In this document: positions 35,120 through 47,045 of the stretch, piece after piece
Numbering within the stretch: position 1 is the first letter of the stretch
Layout: each line of letters starts with the position of its first letter
Source of the DNA: Blepharisma stoltei ATCC 30299
Lineage: Eukaryota; Protista; Ciliophora
Assembly (NCBI GenBank): GCA_965603825.1
Contig: CBFDEM010000035.1
Coordinates: 124,001 to 188,000, forward strand
DNA: 64,000 nucleotides
Direction of reading: 5' to 3'
Translations under genes and position numbers: made by a program
The notes under the pieces: generated by a model
Database searches by the model: none
The model's input: the letters and a program-made list of their open reading frames with translations, nothing else
Told to the model about the DNA's origin: nothing

Positions 35120-35467
35120 CTACTGAGTTTGCTTATTGTTTTCATCTTTAAGCATTTTCTGGATTGTTCCTTTATTTATTTGATTTTGAAGTTCTTCATA
35201 GCCTCCTATGAATTTTCCAGCAATAAAAACATACGGAAAAGACTCTTGCTTGGTTTCTAGCTTTAATTTTTCTTTTAGATAATAAGTTCTTTTATTTACT
35301 TCAATTACTTTTGGCAGGGCATCAATAGAATACAAAAGTGTTTTAGCTCTCAAAGAATCTGTGCATCCTGGCTTGCTAAAAACGACTACATTGCTATCTT
35401 TAACTTCATTTTCAATAGAGAAATCGTCTCTAGTCGGCTCTTGGCTTGAACAACAATAAGCACCCAT
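35120..35467 (-). CDS. Glutaredoxin with N-terminal acylation motif
   Basis: VVVFSKPGCTDS, SFPYVFIAGKFIGG; N-terminus MGAYCCS. Confidence 0.9.
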   Translation of the reverse strand: MGAYCCSSQEPTRDDFSIENEVKDSNVVVFSKPGCTDSLRAKTLLYSIDALPKVIEVNKRTYYLKEKLKLETKQESFPYVFIAGKFIGGYEELQNQINKGTIQKMLKDENNKQTQ

Positions 35468-35472
35468 TTATG

Positions 35473-37590
35473 TTAATACAAATTATATTTACGCTTTGGA
35501 TGAAGAGGTGGGAGTCCACTAGTCTTACTATGGCTATTTTCTAACAGTTTTAATGCTTTTGACAGCTTATTTTCTAAATTTTCAACATTTTCATTCATAT
35601 TCTAAATAAATCTTACAGTAATCTCTTTCTTTATGTCTATGCCAGTGAAGCTATCAATCATTGACTGTGTCGATAAATCAGCACTTGCTGAGGCTTTTTG
35701 CTTTACCCTTTTTTTTGTCCCTGCAAGCTGCTTTAATGAGGTTTCTTTTTTAAGCTCGACTAATTCTAATAAGTCAATTATTTCTTTTCTAGCTTGAAGA
35801 TTTTTTTTATTTCTTTCGGCGGCTGTTGCTTTTAGCTGTTGGGCGACCTGGGGGTGCTGCTCAAGCATCATTTCGAAAATATTTTTTTTCATAGCTAGCA
35901 ATACACAGTCTATCCTTGACATTGCTGAAAAATCACGAGGTTTTTGGCTTAGCAGTTCGATTTCTCCGAAATATGAGCCTTCTATCATATTTTTAAAAAT
36001 AAAATGCTTTGTTCCATAGACGTAGCTTACTTTTCCTTCTACAATGAAGTACATATTGTCTGCATAGTCATTTTTCTTATAAATAATTTCCCTTTCTTGA
36101 AAAGTAACCCTGCTTAACCTCGGCACAATATCAGCAATTAAGGCTTCATCTTTATTTTTAAAAAATGCAATTTTGTCAACTGCGTGGTCAAACAATGCTT
36201 TTCCAATTTCAAATCGTAATGCTTTTGGGATGGATGATATTAATTTTGACCTTTCAGCGTCATCTAAAACAAGCTCACGTAAATGCTCTTTTACTTTTTT
36301 TATAACTTGCTTTGTCAGATATTTAGGTAATTTTATATCATTGGAAAATAATTCCACTAATTGTAATTTCGATTTAATAATCGCACTTTTTTCATCAAGA
36401 TTTGACAGGACACTTGCTAACGTCCCCATAGAAAATGAAAAAAAGCTGATACCGAATAGCATCCAGCATATAGAAATAATCATTTCAGTTTGAGTATGGG
36501 AGCTTATATCCCCAAATCCTACTGTTGCTAATGTTGTGATCGCTCAATAAAAGCTTGCTAAATAAATCCTCATTTCTGATGAATCAATGTACCCGTTTTT
36601 CACAATCCACGTATTTGGGTTATAATTATCCAATTTAGCTGAAAATATCCAGATACAAGATATAAAATGGGTAAGTATCATTACAGTAAAAAAAATCCCC
36701 ATAATTCTTGCTCCTTGATAGTTATCAAGAAAATAATCTAATTTTTCAGACCCAGTCAAACTTTTGATTATAGAAGCCAGCTTTTTCGCCCTCACAATTT
36801 TAGTCATCCTCGTCATTCTTAAAAACCTCATAAAACTATTAGCTCTTGAAGCCCCAGGTCCTAACGACAGTAAATAAAAAGGAAAGATCGAAATTAAGTC
36901 AACTAAGAGCATTCCTTTCAAATAATCCTTAAAAATCTCAATTCTTGAATACACTAGTTTTCCTCTTGAGTCATAAATGGCAGTATTTAAATTTACCAGC
37001 ACATCACACAGAAAAAAAAAATCGCAAGACGTGTTTATCCAAAACGATGTGTCCCCTATATTTTCATCCATAAAAGCAACTTCTCATGGTATCACTGTAA
37101 ATGTGTACATTAAGAAGAATAACAACAAAATATTTCAAAACTGTTTAAATTTCGAGCTAGGATGAAAAAGTCTGTGTTTCTTTACAATTTCGCCTGAATG
37201 GTCGGATTCTCTGGTAAATGTTTTTGATTTTATTATACATTGTATATGCTTTTTGTATGAATTAAATGCATCAAATAAATTTGAGCCGGTGCCATATAGT
37301 CTGAGATCTCTGAGCATTGCTTTAAATAGCAATAGGCCTCGCATTTTTGTGTGGGCTTTTTGGAAAAGAGCCTTTACTCATTCATTTTTAATTGGGCAAT
37401 TTGAGTAGTATTCGCGTCTTCTGTTTGTCAAGCTGCCTGAGTTATCATCATTCCATGTAGCATTTATATAAGATACAGATTCAAAACTTTCTACAGACCC
37501 TTGAGAATTATTGTTCGCTCTTGGCTGTAATTTTCTTGCTCTTTTCATTGCAAAGTAATCTGGGTCTTCATCTTCATAATTAAAAATCAT
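35473..37590 (-). CDS. Cyclic-nucleotide-binding-domain K+ channel (EAG/ERG-like), 700 aa
   Basis: Four ORFs joined by TGA at 37378, 37135, 37084 and 36544. Pore YLASFY[W]AITTLATVGFGDI; CNBD GSYFGEIELL..PR. An intron at 35602-35616 extends the C-terminus to TAA 35473. Confidence 0.93.
35602..35616 (-). other. 15-nt intron
   Basis: GTAAGATTTATTTAG, A10, in-frame TAG; 42 further sense codons follow. Confidence 0.85.
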
Positions 37591-37779
37591 TAATGTATTG
37601 TTTTAATTTAATAGGACTAATAAAACGCTCAAATTTTGTTTAGAATTTTCCATATACTAAATTTATAATTTATCTTTTATCAAATATATGATTAAAATAA
37701 TAAGGAATTTATTTCAGAAAAATCCTATTCTGAGGATTTAATGGAATAAGTTAAATAGTTATTACTTCGTCTTTCATAA

Positions 37780-38382
37780 ATGGAAGCCTTAGCAAAGCGT
37801 ATTAATGCCCTGCCTATGTCCGAAGTGGAGCTTAATCTTTGGTATTTCTTCAGACAAAGAAAATTAAGAAGCATCCAAATTAAAAGAGCCCCGTCAGATT
37901 ATTATGAGTGGACTTTGGAAAAAAGAAGAGACTTTTTAGGAGCACCATCTACCCATTATTTATGCAAAACTATTATACTTGAGAATACAGCCTGGAATGA
38001 GTTATATCAGGACGAGCCTGCGTATTTCAAATATGTTGCTGTGGTGATTCAATATGAGTCAAAACTTAGCTCAGAAAAAGTTATGAAATTCGCCAAAGAA
38101 TGACAAAATAACTCAATCAAACATAAAAAGGTCGCTAAAAAGCATTTCCACTTCAGGCTGGCTGATGAGGATATTGCTCACAAGCTGACAGGATATGGTT
38201 ATAACGCTGTCACTCCATTTCTTATGAAGACTGAGCTTCCATTGCTATTAAGCAAAGAAATTTTACAGCTTTCTCCTGAGTACTTTTGGCTGGGTGGAGG
38301 AGAAGTTGACCTCAAGCTCGGAATCAGTATAGACGAATTCTTAGAAAATACCAATGCAATGGTAGCAGATATAACTTCATAA
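37780..38382 (+). CDS. YbaK/aminoacyl-tRNA deacylase-like protein, 200 aa
   Basis: LCKTIILEN, then through TGA 38101 to FRLA, LTGY.YNAVTP, FWLGGGEVDLKLG. Confidence 0.88.
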
Positions 38383-38428
38383 ATAACCCAAACAAACCAT
38401 TTCTTAATTTCACTAAATACTAATTACC

Positions 38429-40534
38429 ATGGAAGGAAACTTGTTTTATTCTAAATCTAAATCCCGAAACCTTCTAGAAATCCCTAGCTCTCCTCAGACA
38501 AATACAGCTACTTTTCCTACAGAATTATTAAATCCTAATAGAGGTCAAGAAATTTTGATTATGACTATAGACATAGGAGACGGGAAAAAAGAGCCTATTG
38601 TCGTGCACGAAGCAGACGAGCCATCAGATCTTGCTCGATCTTTTGCCCAGAAATTTGGAATAAATAAAAAACTTGAAGAAGCGCTCACTCATCAAATTGA
38701 ATACCAAATTGAATTACTAATAAAAGAACAAGAACAAAAGATGCGGGAACAAGCCAAAAAACAGAAAAATATCATTGAGACGCCACAAGAAATGTCTGAG
38801 GCTGCTTCATATGAGCTTTTAGAAGGAAACTCCCGCAAAGAAAGATTTTTGCAGAGATCTGCAAGCGAAAATATTGGTGAAAAGCTATATTTTAAAGGAA
38901 TCCAGCAAAAAGAAAGGACAGAAAGAAATAACCAAATGATGAAGCTAAAAATACAAGAACGGCAAAGCAATGAGCTTACTTTTAAGCCAGCAATAAATAC
39001 CAATAGGACTGAATCAATTAAAAAGTCATCAAGCCGCCATGAAGACAGCTTAATTTCTCAAAAAACTATAAGGGAAGAAAAGCTGGAAAAAGAAAGGGCC
39101 GAAAAAACAGAAAAAGAAAAAGAAATCTGTACATTTAGCCCACAGGTAAACCCTATGAGCGAAAAAATACTCCAGAGAAAAATGAGGCAGCAGTCCAAGG
39201 ATAAGTTTAATGAGCTGTATGAAGAAGCAAAAATAAGGAAAATAAGACAAGAAGAAATCAATAAGCAAGTGTAAGGGATATTTAGAATTGCTAATGAATT
39301 CTCGTATAGGCCAGAAATCAATGAAAATAATTCAAGATTTGTGCCGCAAGATCAGGATCCTATTGAAAGATATTATGAAATATACCAAATGCTGAACCCT
39401 GATCGTAATGAAGAAATCTCATGGAGTGGGATTGTGGTAGAAAATATTGATGCAGAAGTTTTTGCAATAATAAGACCTTTACTAGAAGAACTAGAAGGAC
39501 TTGGCCAAAATTTGAATTTTGAAGAATTCTGTGAATCGATGGATAATTTAGTGAAAATTCTGTCACCAGCTGAAAAACGTATTTTAACTACAAGAAAAGT
39601 AAAAGGGGCCCCACAAACAGAAAGGAGTGACAGAAATAATCAAATGAGGATTCAAGAAAGGCAAAATAATGATATTAATTTTAGGCCTAAAACAAATAGG
39701 CCAAATTCGCAGAAAAAAACGTCTGGCCGCCGCGAAGATAGCTTAATTTATCAAAAAATCGTAATGGAAGAAAAGCTGGAAAAACTTAAAGATGAGCTTC
39801 TTGAAAAAGAAAAAGAAATCTGCACTTTTGTTCCACAGATTAACCATATGAGTGAAAAAATTCTCCAAAGAAAGCAAAGGCAGACAAAGGATAAATTTAA
39901 TGAACTATACGAGCACGCCAAAATAAGAAAAATAAAACAAGAAGAAATCAACAAACAAATGTAAAAATTATTTAGAATTGCCAATGAATTCCCTTATAGG
40001 CCTGAAGTCTATGAAAGTAATACAAGATTTATTTGTAAAAATCGTGTTGAAAGATACTACGACATTTACAAAATGCTCAACCCTGACCATAACGGCGAGA
40101 TATCATGGAACGGTATCATAATAGAAAAAATTGACACTGAAGTTTTTGCATTAATCCGCCCCTTATTAGAAGAATTAGAAGGACTCGGCCAAAACTTGAA
40201 TTTTGAAGAATTTTGTGAGTCAATGGACAATTTAGTAAAAATCCTGTCACCAGTCGAAAAGCGAATTTTGACTACTAAAAAGAAGCAAAAAAAAGTAGAA
40301 GAAGAGCCTGAGTTTAAGCTGCAAAGTGTCAATAGGTCTCAGCTACCTGCAGATCTTGCAGAGATTTATGACCGGCAAGTGGAACAAAAAATTAAATCAG
40401 AAAAAAGGCTTGAGTTGGAAAGAGAAAAGCTAAAAGCATCAGAGCTTGACGGATGCACCTTTCAGCCAAAGATAAAAGTTTACAGACCTCAACAAGAGTA
40501 TTATGATCGCAGGTATAAAATAAACGCTAATTAG
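38429..40534 (+). CDS. 691-aa protein with CTFxPxIN repeats and an internal tandem duplication
   Basis: Three ORFs joined by 15-nt introns at 39271 and 39961. N-terminal MTIDIGDGKKEPIVVHE domain; LTFKPAIN, CTFSPQVN, CTFVPQIN, CTFQPKI. Confidence 0.88.
39271..39285 (+). other. 15-nt intron
   Basis: GTAAGGGATATTTAG, A10, in-frame TAA. Confidence 0.92.
39961..39975 (+). other. 15-nt intron
   Basis: GTAAAAATTATTTAG, A10, in-frame TAA; same position in the duplicated unit. Confidence 0.92.
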
Positions 40535-40541
40535 TAAATAA

Positions 40542-41492
40542 ATGGATTGGTGGGTTTGGGCTACAATCATAAGCATTTTAGCGGTTTTTTATATTGTGAA
40601 GAAAAGAAGGACTATAATAGTAACAGATATTATTTTTTATCCCATAAAATCTTGTCAAGGGATACATCTAAATATAGCGGAAATAGGAGAATCCGGAATA
40701 GTAATGGACAGAGAATGGGCGATATTGGATGAGAAAGATAATATTGTTGACCAAAAATTAAACCCAAATCTAGCTAGGCTAAAGCCGTCGATTATTAATG
40801 ACAAAGATTCCTGCCCACAATTTTTAGTTTTAAGCTACCCAAAGTTTCAAGATTTTGCATTAAAAATTAACGAAAATAAAGTTTCGTCCATTTTTGAAGT
40901 AGATTTAGAAGAAATGAAAGGAGAAGTCTTAGATGAAGGCCCTGAGGTCGCTAGATGGCTAAGCGAAGTATTTGGGAAAGATTATAGGCTATGCAAATTG
41001 ATAAGGCAAAGAGATTTAAGCGACCACCCGAATTATGGAAATTTAGAAGAAGGAGAATTTAAGCTGAGTTTTAATTGTGAAGGACAATTTCTGATTACTT
41101 CAGAAGAAAGTCTTCAGTATATGCTGCAGAGCCTTTCAGAAGACAAAAGAGGGTTATTTGACATGGATTCATTTAGACCTAATATTGTGGTAAAAAATTG
41201 TCAGCCGTTTGAAGAGGATAATTGAGGAAATTTTGAAATTGATGGAGTGAAGTTTAGTGGGGTACGACTTTGTGATAGATGTAGAATGACAACAATGCAT
41301 AAGGATACACTGCAGCAGGATCCTAAGTTTGAGCCAGTTACTACAATGAGAAGGATACATGGGAGCGGAATTAAAGCTTTTTTCGGCTTGCTAGCTGTAA
41401 AGAGAAATACAGGAATCATTAGAAAAAATTCAGTTTTGACGGTAAAATCTATACAAAAGAGGACAGATGCAAGTGTGTCACCTTTTAAGTAA
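40542..41492 (+). CDS. MOSC-domain protein (mARC-like), 316 aa
   Basis: N-terminal TM, YPIKSC.G, DREWAI, FRPNIVV, EEDN[W] (TGA 41223), CDRC. Confidence 0.93.
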
Positions 41493-41702
41493 TAAGTGTG
41501 AATAAAACTTATTTTATGTGAAAATTTGAATAAAAATTATGAAATAATGCACAAGGGTAATAATGCTCATACCATCTAGGCTATAAGGTTATACTGCAGA
41601 CTTTCATTTAATTAGAGAAAAGTAATAGTTCATTTAATTATATAAAATAAAATGGACAAAAGAGCAAATTTTTATCTATTATAATAAGTAAGTGGAGAAA
41701 AA

Positions 41703-42659
41703 ATGGAAATATCCTACATCGGTATTTCAATGTTTTTAGTTTTCTTAGCTTATATTATCTTATTCAAAAAAAAGAAAACCATAATAGTCTCAGATATAAT
41801 TTGCTACCCAATAAAATCATGCCAAGGTGTTCACCTGGAATCAGCTGAAATCGGAGAATTTGGCTTTTTGATGGACAGAGAATGGTCAATTGCAACATAT
41901 AATGATGAAATCATAGACTGCGCGAAAGATATAAGAATTTCACAGTTAAAACCAAGCTTTTTGTACGATGAGTTTGATAAGCCAAAAACTTTGGTACTAA
42001 GTTTTGCAGGTTTTGATGATTTCCATTTAGAAATCACGGACAATAAAAATGTATTTTTTGAGTTTACATTAGCTGAGACAAAAGGCTTAGCCGCTGATGA
42101 AGGTGATGAGGTATCTAAATGGCTCAGCCATGTTTTTAATGCCCAATACAGGCTAATTAGGCTGGCTAGAGGTAGACAGCTGAACCAGCACCCAGATTTT
42201 AAAAATGTTCTCCCAGATGAATTCAAGCTGAATTTTGCTTCAAAAGCCCAGTTTCTCATCATTTCAAAAGAGAGTTTTGAAGCATTTCATAGGACACTTT
42301 CTAAGGAAAAACAGGAAGATGTGAATATGGCGAACTTCAGGCCATCTATAGTAGTAGAAAATTGTTCATCATTTTATGAAGATAACTGAAAGAATTTTGA
42401 TATTGATGGAGTCAGGTTTCATGGGATTAGACTTTGTGGACGCTGCAAGAAAACAACTATTATTGAGAAAACGCTTCAGTTTGATCCTAATTATGAGCCA
42501 GTGAATTCTCTCAGAAAATTTCATGGTAATGAAACTAGAGGATTTTTGGGTCTTTTAGCACTTAAGCTCAGCCCAGGAACCATCCGCAAAAATGGAATAG
42601 TGAATATATCATCTTTTGTAAAAAGAGATAGAACTCTTGAGGTTTATCCTTTTAGTTAA
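41703..42659 (+). CDS. MOSC-domain protein (mARC-like), tandem paralog, 318 aa
   Basis: YPIKSC.G, DREWSI, FRPSIVV, YEDN[W] (TGA 42387), CGRC; TAA 42657-42659. Confidence 0.92.
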
Positions 42660-42758
42660 TAACTCATTCTAATTAAAAATTCCTTCTTTACTATAAAAAA
42701 CTATGCATATTCTATTATTATCATCCTCACATACTACAGAAAAATAAATTAGAAATTA

Positions 42759-44300
42759 TTAAAGTCTCATTAGCAGTTCCATCATTAAATGTGGTTCCTC
42801 TTCCAGCTCTTGAAATGACGAATTTCGCCTGACATCTTTAAAATTCACGCGTATGTAATCCATACATATTTCTTTCAAAGAGTTTTCCCCATGATAATAA
42901 ACCACTCTCAAAATAGGCACCACATTATCAATATTAATATTTTTCCTTATATTATCTTGGCACAGCGCTTTAAGTCTATCAATCATAAACCTTTCTGCCG
43001 CTATCATAAGCAATAAATACATATCCACGCTCATTGATTTTACACAATCTGTATACAAATACTCCAAAACTGCTTCAAATACTTGGTATTGTATATCATC
43101 AATTCTTACACAGGAATCTGTTTGCTCTTTCATCCCTCCATAAAACAATGCTCTGAAATGTTCACATCTGACTGCTAAAATGTCTTTATTTGCTTTAATT
43201 TCTTTTCCGTCTACAATAAAAGTGACATCGCTAAATCTTGGATGGTTTATCATTTTTCTTAAATCAGATAGCAAGCTTGATGGCGGTATCGCCACCATTT
43301 CAAACTGAAATTTATAAAAATCATTAAGCACTAAATTCCCATTATACCCTCCAAATGCAAACATTGAATGATTATACACTTGTGTGACCAAGCTAGACCT
43401 GCCAGTTGGAGCGTCTTCCACAACTAAGCAGCTTCAGCATTTTTTATTAAAATCAAACTGATATAAATCCTGAAGCCTTTCAATCCCACTGTATCCGCCA
43501 AATAAATACATGCAGTCTCCATATACAACTGATGAGTGGAAATACCTTGGAGATGGTGCCGGCCCAGAGAATAGGACAAGTTTCCACATTTTTTGCTCCA
43601 AATCGAACTCATAAAAATCGTTCATTCTGTGGACACCGTCATAACCTCCAAATAAATAAACGCTATTTCCATATGAGGCCCAAGAAGGGCAGCTTCTCAC
43701 ACTTGGAGAAACGCCCTGGACGTCAAGCTTGGTCCATTTCATTTTTACAAAATTGTATTCGTGCATGTCATTAAGCCAGTTTGAGCCATCGTAGCCGCCA
43801 AATACTAAAAAAGTATCATTTCAGGCTGCGCTGACGTAGCCAAAGCGGGTTGAAGGAGGGCTGCCTTCTTTAGCAATAACGGGTGTCCAGGTTAGGGAAT
43901 CTGCTTATAACTTACGAAGATCAAGACGGTGAAAGTCATTTAGCCAAAATAGACCAGAGTAGCCTCCAAAAATATACATGCCACCTTTGTATAAAACTGC
44001 ACCATTATTTTCTCGCCCTGCTGGAGCTGTTCCTCGGGTATTTAATTGATGCCATTGCTTTTCAATAAAATTATACTCCCAGAGGTCATCGAGTCGGCCA
44101 TTTCCTCCGTACCCTCCAAAGATATATAACGAATCATCATATACAACGCTTGCTGCTCCACTTCGTGGACCAGGACGAGGTCCATTTTCACAAATAATTT
44201 GTTTCCACTTATAAGCTTGATTAGTTGCTAATAAAGAATGCCCAGCAGCTCCTGATGGGTCGTTATGATGAGACTCTGCAAAGATATCAAAATTTCTCAT
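42759..44300 (-). CDS. Kelch-repeat BTB protein (LZTR1-like), 508 aa
   Basis: Six FGGY kelch repeats plus a BTB domain (FSDVTFIVDG..F.AVLEYLYTD). Joined by intron 43901-43915 and TGA at 43821 and 43434. Confidence 0.93.
43901..43915 (-). other. 15-nt intron
   Basis: GTAAGTTATAAGCAG, A10, in-frame TAA. Confidence 0.92.
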
Positions 44301-44382
44301 TTATTATAATAAAAGTGCTGTTCATATTAAGTCGGGAAGGAAAAAAGTCTAATATTTTAATTCAAATAGAAATTAAGCTTAA

Positions 44383-44784
44383 TTACTTTGCTTTCTTTTC
44401 TTTTGATAATTTAGAATACTCGTCTATCAATGGGCATAATCTCCAGATATATACCCAGCATGCAAAACTAAGCCCTGCGAGATAAAAATCTCTTTCAATC
44501 CTATGCCTTTTGGACTTGAAATCAGCTTCAAGCATTTCTTTGCTGTCAAGCTCTTCTGTGAAATTGATATGATTATAAGCTCTAACCACAAAAAGCGTCC
44601 CAAAAAGCACTAAAAGTACATGAATTACTTTAAAATCGTTTTTCCCTATCCTCATCTGCACATTCCAAAGCCACCTGCTTGTCATGCTCTTCACAAATAA
44701 AGGCACCAAAGGCATTAAAAAAATAACCAAGATAACAATTGACACTGGCAAGTCTATCCATCCGATAAGCCAATTAAGCGACAT
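44383..44784 (-). CDS. BAP29/BAP31-family ER membrane protein, 133 aa
   Basis: Three TMs; RIERDFYLAGLS resembles RAQRNLYISGFS; KKAK end. True start is likely MSLNW at 44784. Confidence 0.75.
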   Translation of the reverse strand: MSLNWLIGWIDLPVSIVILVIFLMPLVPLFVKSMTSRWLWNVQMRIGKNDFKVIHVLLVLFGTLFVVRAYNHINFTEELDSKEMLEADFKSKRHRIERDFYLAGLSFACWVYIWRLCPLIDEYSKLSKEKKAK

Positions 44785-44803
44785 TTTATAATTATTAAGA
44801 ATT

Positions 44804-46912
44804 TTATTTTTTGCCTTTTTTCTTGCCTTTTTTCTTGCCCTTTTTCTTAGCCTTGGGGAATGGGTCGACATATTGTTTCTGCCATAAGGGCTTGAACTCT
44901 GGCATCCCCATGACGCTTTGCCGTTTAACTTTGGCTATATTTTGTTTAGCAGTCAAAGTCCTAGGGTGATGTGGGCCTAATAGCATATCTAAAATAGCTT
45001 CTGCTAGCTGGAAATATGCATGGGATTCTTGATATCTTTCAAGGAAAAACATGCAGACTCCAAGATTATTATACACGCTTGCAGTATCAACTGTATCCCC
45101 ACCTATAGTTCTTTCTCTGATCTTTTTAGCCATTAAATAAGCTCGTAAAGCGACTCCATAATGCCCAAGATGGAATAAAACAGATCCAAAGCCACACCAA
45201 ATTAACGCTTTATCAGGGTGGTTAAATGGAAGCTTATCAGAACTTGCTTTACATGAAAAATATTGTGCTAAAGCCAGGCCATCTTTATTGCAGGACTGGT
45301 ATATCGCCCCTCTTGTGATTTCAAAAAATAAATCAATTTCAGGCTTGAGGTCGTCTGAGCCGTCAAAATCTTGCCATTCTCGTTTAGCATTGTCTAAGCT
45401 CATTAATGCCATTGGGTAGTTATAGTTATTTTGATACACAAAACAAGACTCAATTAATGTCCCAATTCCTGGAGGACTAGGAGGAGGCAAAAGGATTTCT
45501 CTAATAATACAAGGGTGGACCCCTGGGTTGACTAAACATTGTTTAGCTGTTTCTGGGTATAAATTGGAACCCAAGCTTTGTTTTAGCTCAAAAAACTTTT
45601 CATAGCGTGGCTTATCAGGAAGACTAGGAATAAAAGAACCAGGCAGCGGGGCAAATTTTAGCCTGTCAGCTGCAGTTTCTTCTTTTTTCTTATTGGAGCG
45701 TTGAGGCATTGCATTTTTTGGCTTGGGCTCAGGCGGCTTGGGAAGTGCAAATTGAATAACCGGTAATGCATAAGGTGGAGGGTTTTCCTGGACTATTGGA
45801 GGCACAGGTGGGACTTGTGGGACTCTTTCATCATCCAGCATTTTGATGACATCTTCTATTGTTGGCAATGGAGGGGTCTGCTTCACAACTTCATTTAAAT
45901 TCATATCGTCCCTCATATCCTTTCTAGAAACCATCTGTTTATGCTCATAATCAGCCATTACGTCTTCTGGGTCTTCAATTGACCCTAACGACACATCACT
46001 TTGATAATCAGTCGAATATGTTACACTCAGCCCTGGCCCTAGCTCTTGTCCTTTCCCCAGCTTTAATTTGTCAAATAAAAGTGTCCTTACCTGCAATACA
46101 GGGTCATCAATATCTCTTATACTCTGAATTGCAATTCTCCCAAAAATCATTTGTAAATGATGAAGCTTTAAATCTGGCTCTCCTTTATATGGATCTAAGG
46201 GGACTAAACTAGAAAAATCGCCTTCTGTTTCATATTGTTTAATAAGCACACAAGTTTCATAGAATTTTCTTTCTTCTTTGTCCCGTGGAGGCAAAACTGA
46301 CGCGATACAGTCTTGAAGGTTTTCAATATTAAGCAAGTTTGGGACTAAAGAAGCAGCTCTGCAGTATCGTAAGAAATTTCTGGCAGTTATCCCATGGTTT
46401 TTTGCCTTGATATTTTTAGTTCCGATGACTTTTCGACGATTTTGAATATTTTGAGAATTGTAAGCCATTAGGATGTGCAAGAAACCTTCTTCAGCTTTTT
46501 CAAATTCACGGATAACCCCTTCACTTAGAAGTAGCAGGGTAGCTTCATCTTGGGTAGGGAGGTTAGGATGAGAAGAATCGACCATTGGATCTACAAGAAT
46601 TTGGGTAAAAATTTGTTCGACTGGAGAAATTTCGTCAGGAAATATATGTCGAGCTATCAAGGTAATTGCAAAAAAAAATCGATTTTTACTGAGATAGTCC
46701 TTATCTCCTGCACTTTGTTGAAAAATATACAGAATGCTATTTAATGGGCAGGAGTTCGAAACAATCCCTTTTTCTAGTGTCAAAATTAAGAAATGGTACA
46801 GCTTCATTCGTCCTTCAGAATCACAATGAGAAGAAAATACCTGCTGGAGACGGGCTTCTTCACTGCTTTTTAATGTCAAAGTGTAGTATCCTGGGCTTGA
46901 GGTTTCTTCCAT
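44804..46912 (-). CDS. TPR-repeat protein with Pro-rich linker and Lys-rich tail, 702 aa
   Basis: TASVYNNLG, LGPHHPRT TPR motifs; terminal (KKKG)3. Confidence 0.88.
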   Translation of the reverse strand: MEETSSPGYYTLTLKSSEEARLQQVFSSHCDSEGRMKLYHFLILTLEKGIVSNSCPLNSILYIFQQSAGDKDYLSKNRFFFAITLIARHIFPDEISPVEQIFTQILVDPMVDSSHPNLPTQDEATLLLLSEGVIREFEKAEEGFLHILMAYNSQNIQNRRKVIGTKNIKAKNHGITARNFLRYCRAASLVPNLLNIENLQDCIASVLPPRDKEERKFYETCVLIKQYETEGDFSSLVPLDPYKGEPDLKLHHLQMIFGRIAIQSIRDIDDPVLQVRTLLFDKLKLGKGQELGPGLSVTYSTDYQSDVSLGSIEDPEDVMADYEHKQMVSRKDMRDDMNLNEVVKQTPPLPTIEDVIKMLDDERVPQVPPVPPIVQENPPPYALPVIQFALPKPPEPKPKNAMPQRSNKKKEETAADRLKFAPLPGSFIPSLPDKPRYEKFFELKQSLGSNLYPETAKQCLVNPGVHPCIIREILLPPPSPPGIGTLIESCFVYQNNYNYPMALMSLDNAKREWQDFDGSDDLKPEIDLFFEITRGAIYQSCNKDGLALAQYFSCKASSDKLPFNHPDKALIWCGFGSVLFHLGHYGVALRAYLMAKKIRERTIGGDTVDTASVYNNLGVCMFFLERYQESHAYFQLAEAILDMLLGPHHPRTLTAKQNIAKVKRQSVMGMPEFKPLWQKQYVDPFPKAKKKGKKKGKKKGKK

Positions 46913-47045
46913 AATTTAAAAAGAGTAGATTATATGAATATATTTCTCAGGGCAGCTTAAGGAATTTTTTAACAGTTTATTTGTATTATTGATTTTTATT
47001 TGTGAGGGGTTTTTGCTTTTTAGTGGAGAAATAATTATTTCAGTG

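Larger units (their letters stand above)
38911..40282 (+). repeat. Intragenic tandem duplication of about 690 bp including an intron
   Basis: 38911-39600 vs 39619-40282; IRPLLEELEGLGQNLNFEEFCESMDNLVKILSP occurs twice. Confidence 0.92.

Noticed and set aside
44785-44871. Apparent overlap of the BAP31-like ORF with the TPR gene
   Set aside because: The extension is an alternative frame of the Lys-rich repeat. The ATG at 44784 has the typical A-rich context.
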